Source: Chitinispirillia bacterium (GTDB lineage Bacteria; Fibrobacterota; Chitinivibrionia; Chitinivibrionales; Chitinispirillaceae). From it: a DNA stretch of 58,302 nucleotides. Positions within the stretch are counted from its first letter, which is position 1, and each line of letters begins with the position of its first letter. The stretch covers positions 1 to 58,302 of the forward strand of contig WQRV01000001.1 of NCBI GenBank assembly GCA_009786575.1, written 5' to 3'. Both the position numbers and the translations under genes were made by a program. The notes under the pieces were generated by a model. It was given only the letters and a program-made list of their open reading frames with translations, was not told the origin of the DNA and searched no databases. This document shows positions 57,284 to 58,302 of this stretch, piece after piece.

Positions 57284-57559
57284 CAAGTTAGAAACCCGAA
57301 CGAAACTTAAATCTAAAACATCATTACAATATAATAGATGCGCAACCGCCATGCAAGAAGTTTTTGATATTTTTTTGGGAATTATATATTTAATTATGCA
57401 CCCCCGCCCCAAAAACGCCCCAAACGACCCCAAAAACAGCGTTTTTGACCGTTTTTTATTCAACAAACGCCGGAAATTTCCCGAAACTCGATTTTATACC
57501 GACCCACCCGCCCATATCGGCAAAATTTGCCGGGTCTCCCGCGTGCCAAAGCCCGCGGT

Positions 57560-58001
57560 ACCGCTCAAAAGATGTGCTTGCACCACCGGCGCGTTCAAAC
57601 TCTTTATGGCCGACGTGGGCCTCATGTCGGCAATGGCCGGCCTCGACGTGCGCACCCTGCTCAAGGGCGACGCCCTGTTCACCGGATTCAGAGGGGCCCT
57701 CACCGAACAGTTCGTATGCCAGGAACTGCAGCTCATCAACGATATAGAAATAGCGTACTGGGCAAACGAAAACCCAGCGCGCGCCGAAATCGGCTTCATT
57801 GTACAGGCCGGAAAGCGAATTATACCCATCGAGGTAAAATCCACAACGAACCTCAAAGCCAAAAGCTTCTCGGTCTACCGGGAAAAATTCAGGCCGGCGC
57901 TGGAAATCAGAACGTCACAGACCGACTATAAACAAACAAACAACCTCCTCGACATCCCGCTATACGCAATCGGCGGGATAGGGGAGACGATTTTCAGGTA
58001 A
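57560..58001 (+). pseudogene. 5'-truncated remnant of an AAA ATPase with DUF4143 C-terminal domain
   Basis: Only the C-terminal third is recognisable (FKLFMADVGL.., ..GALTEQFVCQEL.., ..AYWAN...AEIGFIV..GKRIIPIEVKS..). No Walker A/B region is present in any frame upstream. The upstream part of the ORF (57351-57560) is low-complexity. Confidence 0.6.
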
Positions 58002-58032
58002 ATGGGAATTTATTGTAATCCCGGCATGGCTG

Positions 58033-58178
58033 TTGTCTGAACCATGATTTGCCTGATTAAAGGATTAACATGATTAAACGTCAAAAGATAACGTCAAAAT
58101 CACCAATAATCCGGGTTTTGATGTTGATTTCTAATCAAGGAAATCCTTTAATCATGTAAATCAAGGTTCAGACAAAAA
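58033..58178. repeat. Complete nested-hairpin repeat element (outer ~33-nt imperfect arms tgtctgaacc.../...ggttcagaca, inner aacgtcaaaa/ttttgatgtt hairpin)
   Basis: 58033-58130 is the reverse complement of window positions 1-87 with a 13-nt internal duplication. 58143-58178 forms the opposing outer arm. Confidence 0.75.
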
Positions 58179-58220
58179 AGGCGGATGTGGAACAAATGTT
58201 TATTTTCACCGATAATACCC

Positions 58221-58246
58221 GTAGGGGCGACCGTCCCCGGTCGCCC
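58221..58246 (+). repeat. GTAG-type REP-like hairpin
   Basis: GTAGgggcgacc-gtcccc-ggtcgccc. The upstream context tattttcaccgataataccc parallels aaaattaccgttattgtatt before the 46746 copy. Confidence 0.6.
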
Positions 58247-58302
58247 GCAACGCATGAATTACAATATCCCGCAAAATACACCAACAATCCCACGTAGAGG
58301 CG

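Noticed and set aside
1-58302. Whole window as a composite transposon or island bounded by the inverted terminal repeats.
   Set aside because: The interior is dominated by core housekeeping operons (nusA-infB, pnp, trpBA, guaB) with host-like GC. No transposase or integrase is present. The repeats are better explained as dispersed small elements.

Overview
58.3 kb from a GC-rich diderm bacterium; the lineage cannot be assigned from sequence alone. T9SS-type C-terminal tails, a PorV-like barrel and an Omp85 gene suggest an FCB-like lineage. About 47 genes are densely packed. Core blocks are thiC; a minus-strand trpB-trpA-chorismate mutase-tyrA-aroA-like-nadK-recN operon; guaB, htrA, uppP, HIT, lpxH, argJ and dut; and the conserved rimP-nusA-infB-rbfA-nrnA-truB-ribF-rpsO-pnp block. 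The accessory or unusual parts are listed here.
- 6971-15152: an envelope cluster with an orphan OM barrel, a 1567-aa surface protein with a T9SS-like tail, and a PorV-like barrel fused to an extra periplasmic domain.
- 17616-19821: a pseudo-receiver gene followed by a single-chain ParA/MinD ATPase-TM-LysM-like-M23 peptidase. I consider this the most novel candidate.
- 27811-35447: a glycan locus containing an AT-rich islet with two tandemly duplicated small secreted proteins, then a translationally coupled radical-SAM/FemAB-family pair.
- An EPSP-synthase-fold protein with degenerate catalytic motifs, and a yeast/plant-type chorismate mutase.
- Several intergenic repeat families: nested-hairpin elements in inverted orientation at both window ends, long hairpins with an identical apex and covarying stems, a GGAG-rich perfect palindrome, and GTAG-type REP-like hairpins.
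No rRNA, tRNA, CRISPR array, transposase or phage genes were seen. All domain calls come from reading motifs by eye, with no searches run.
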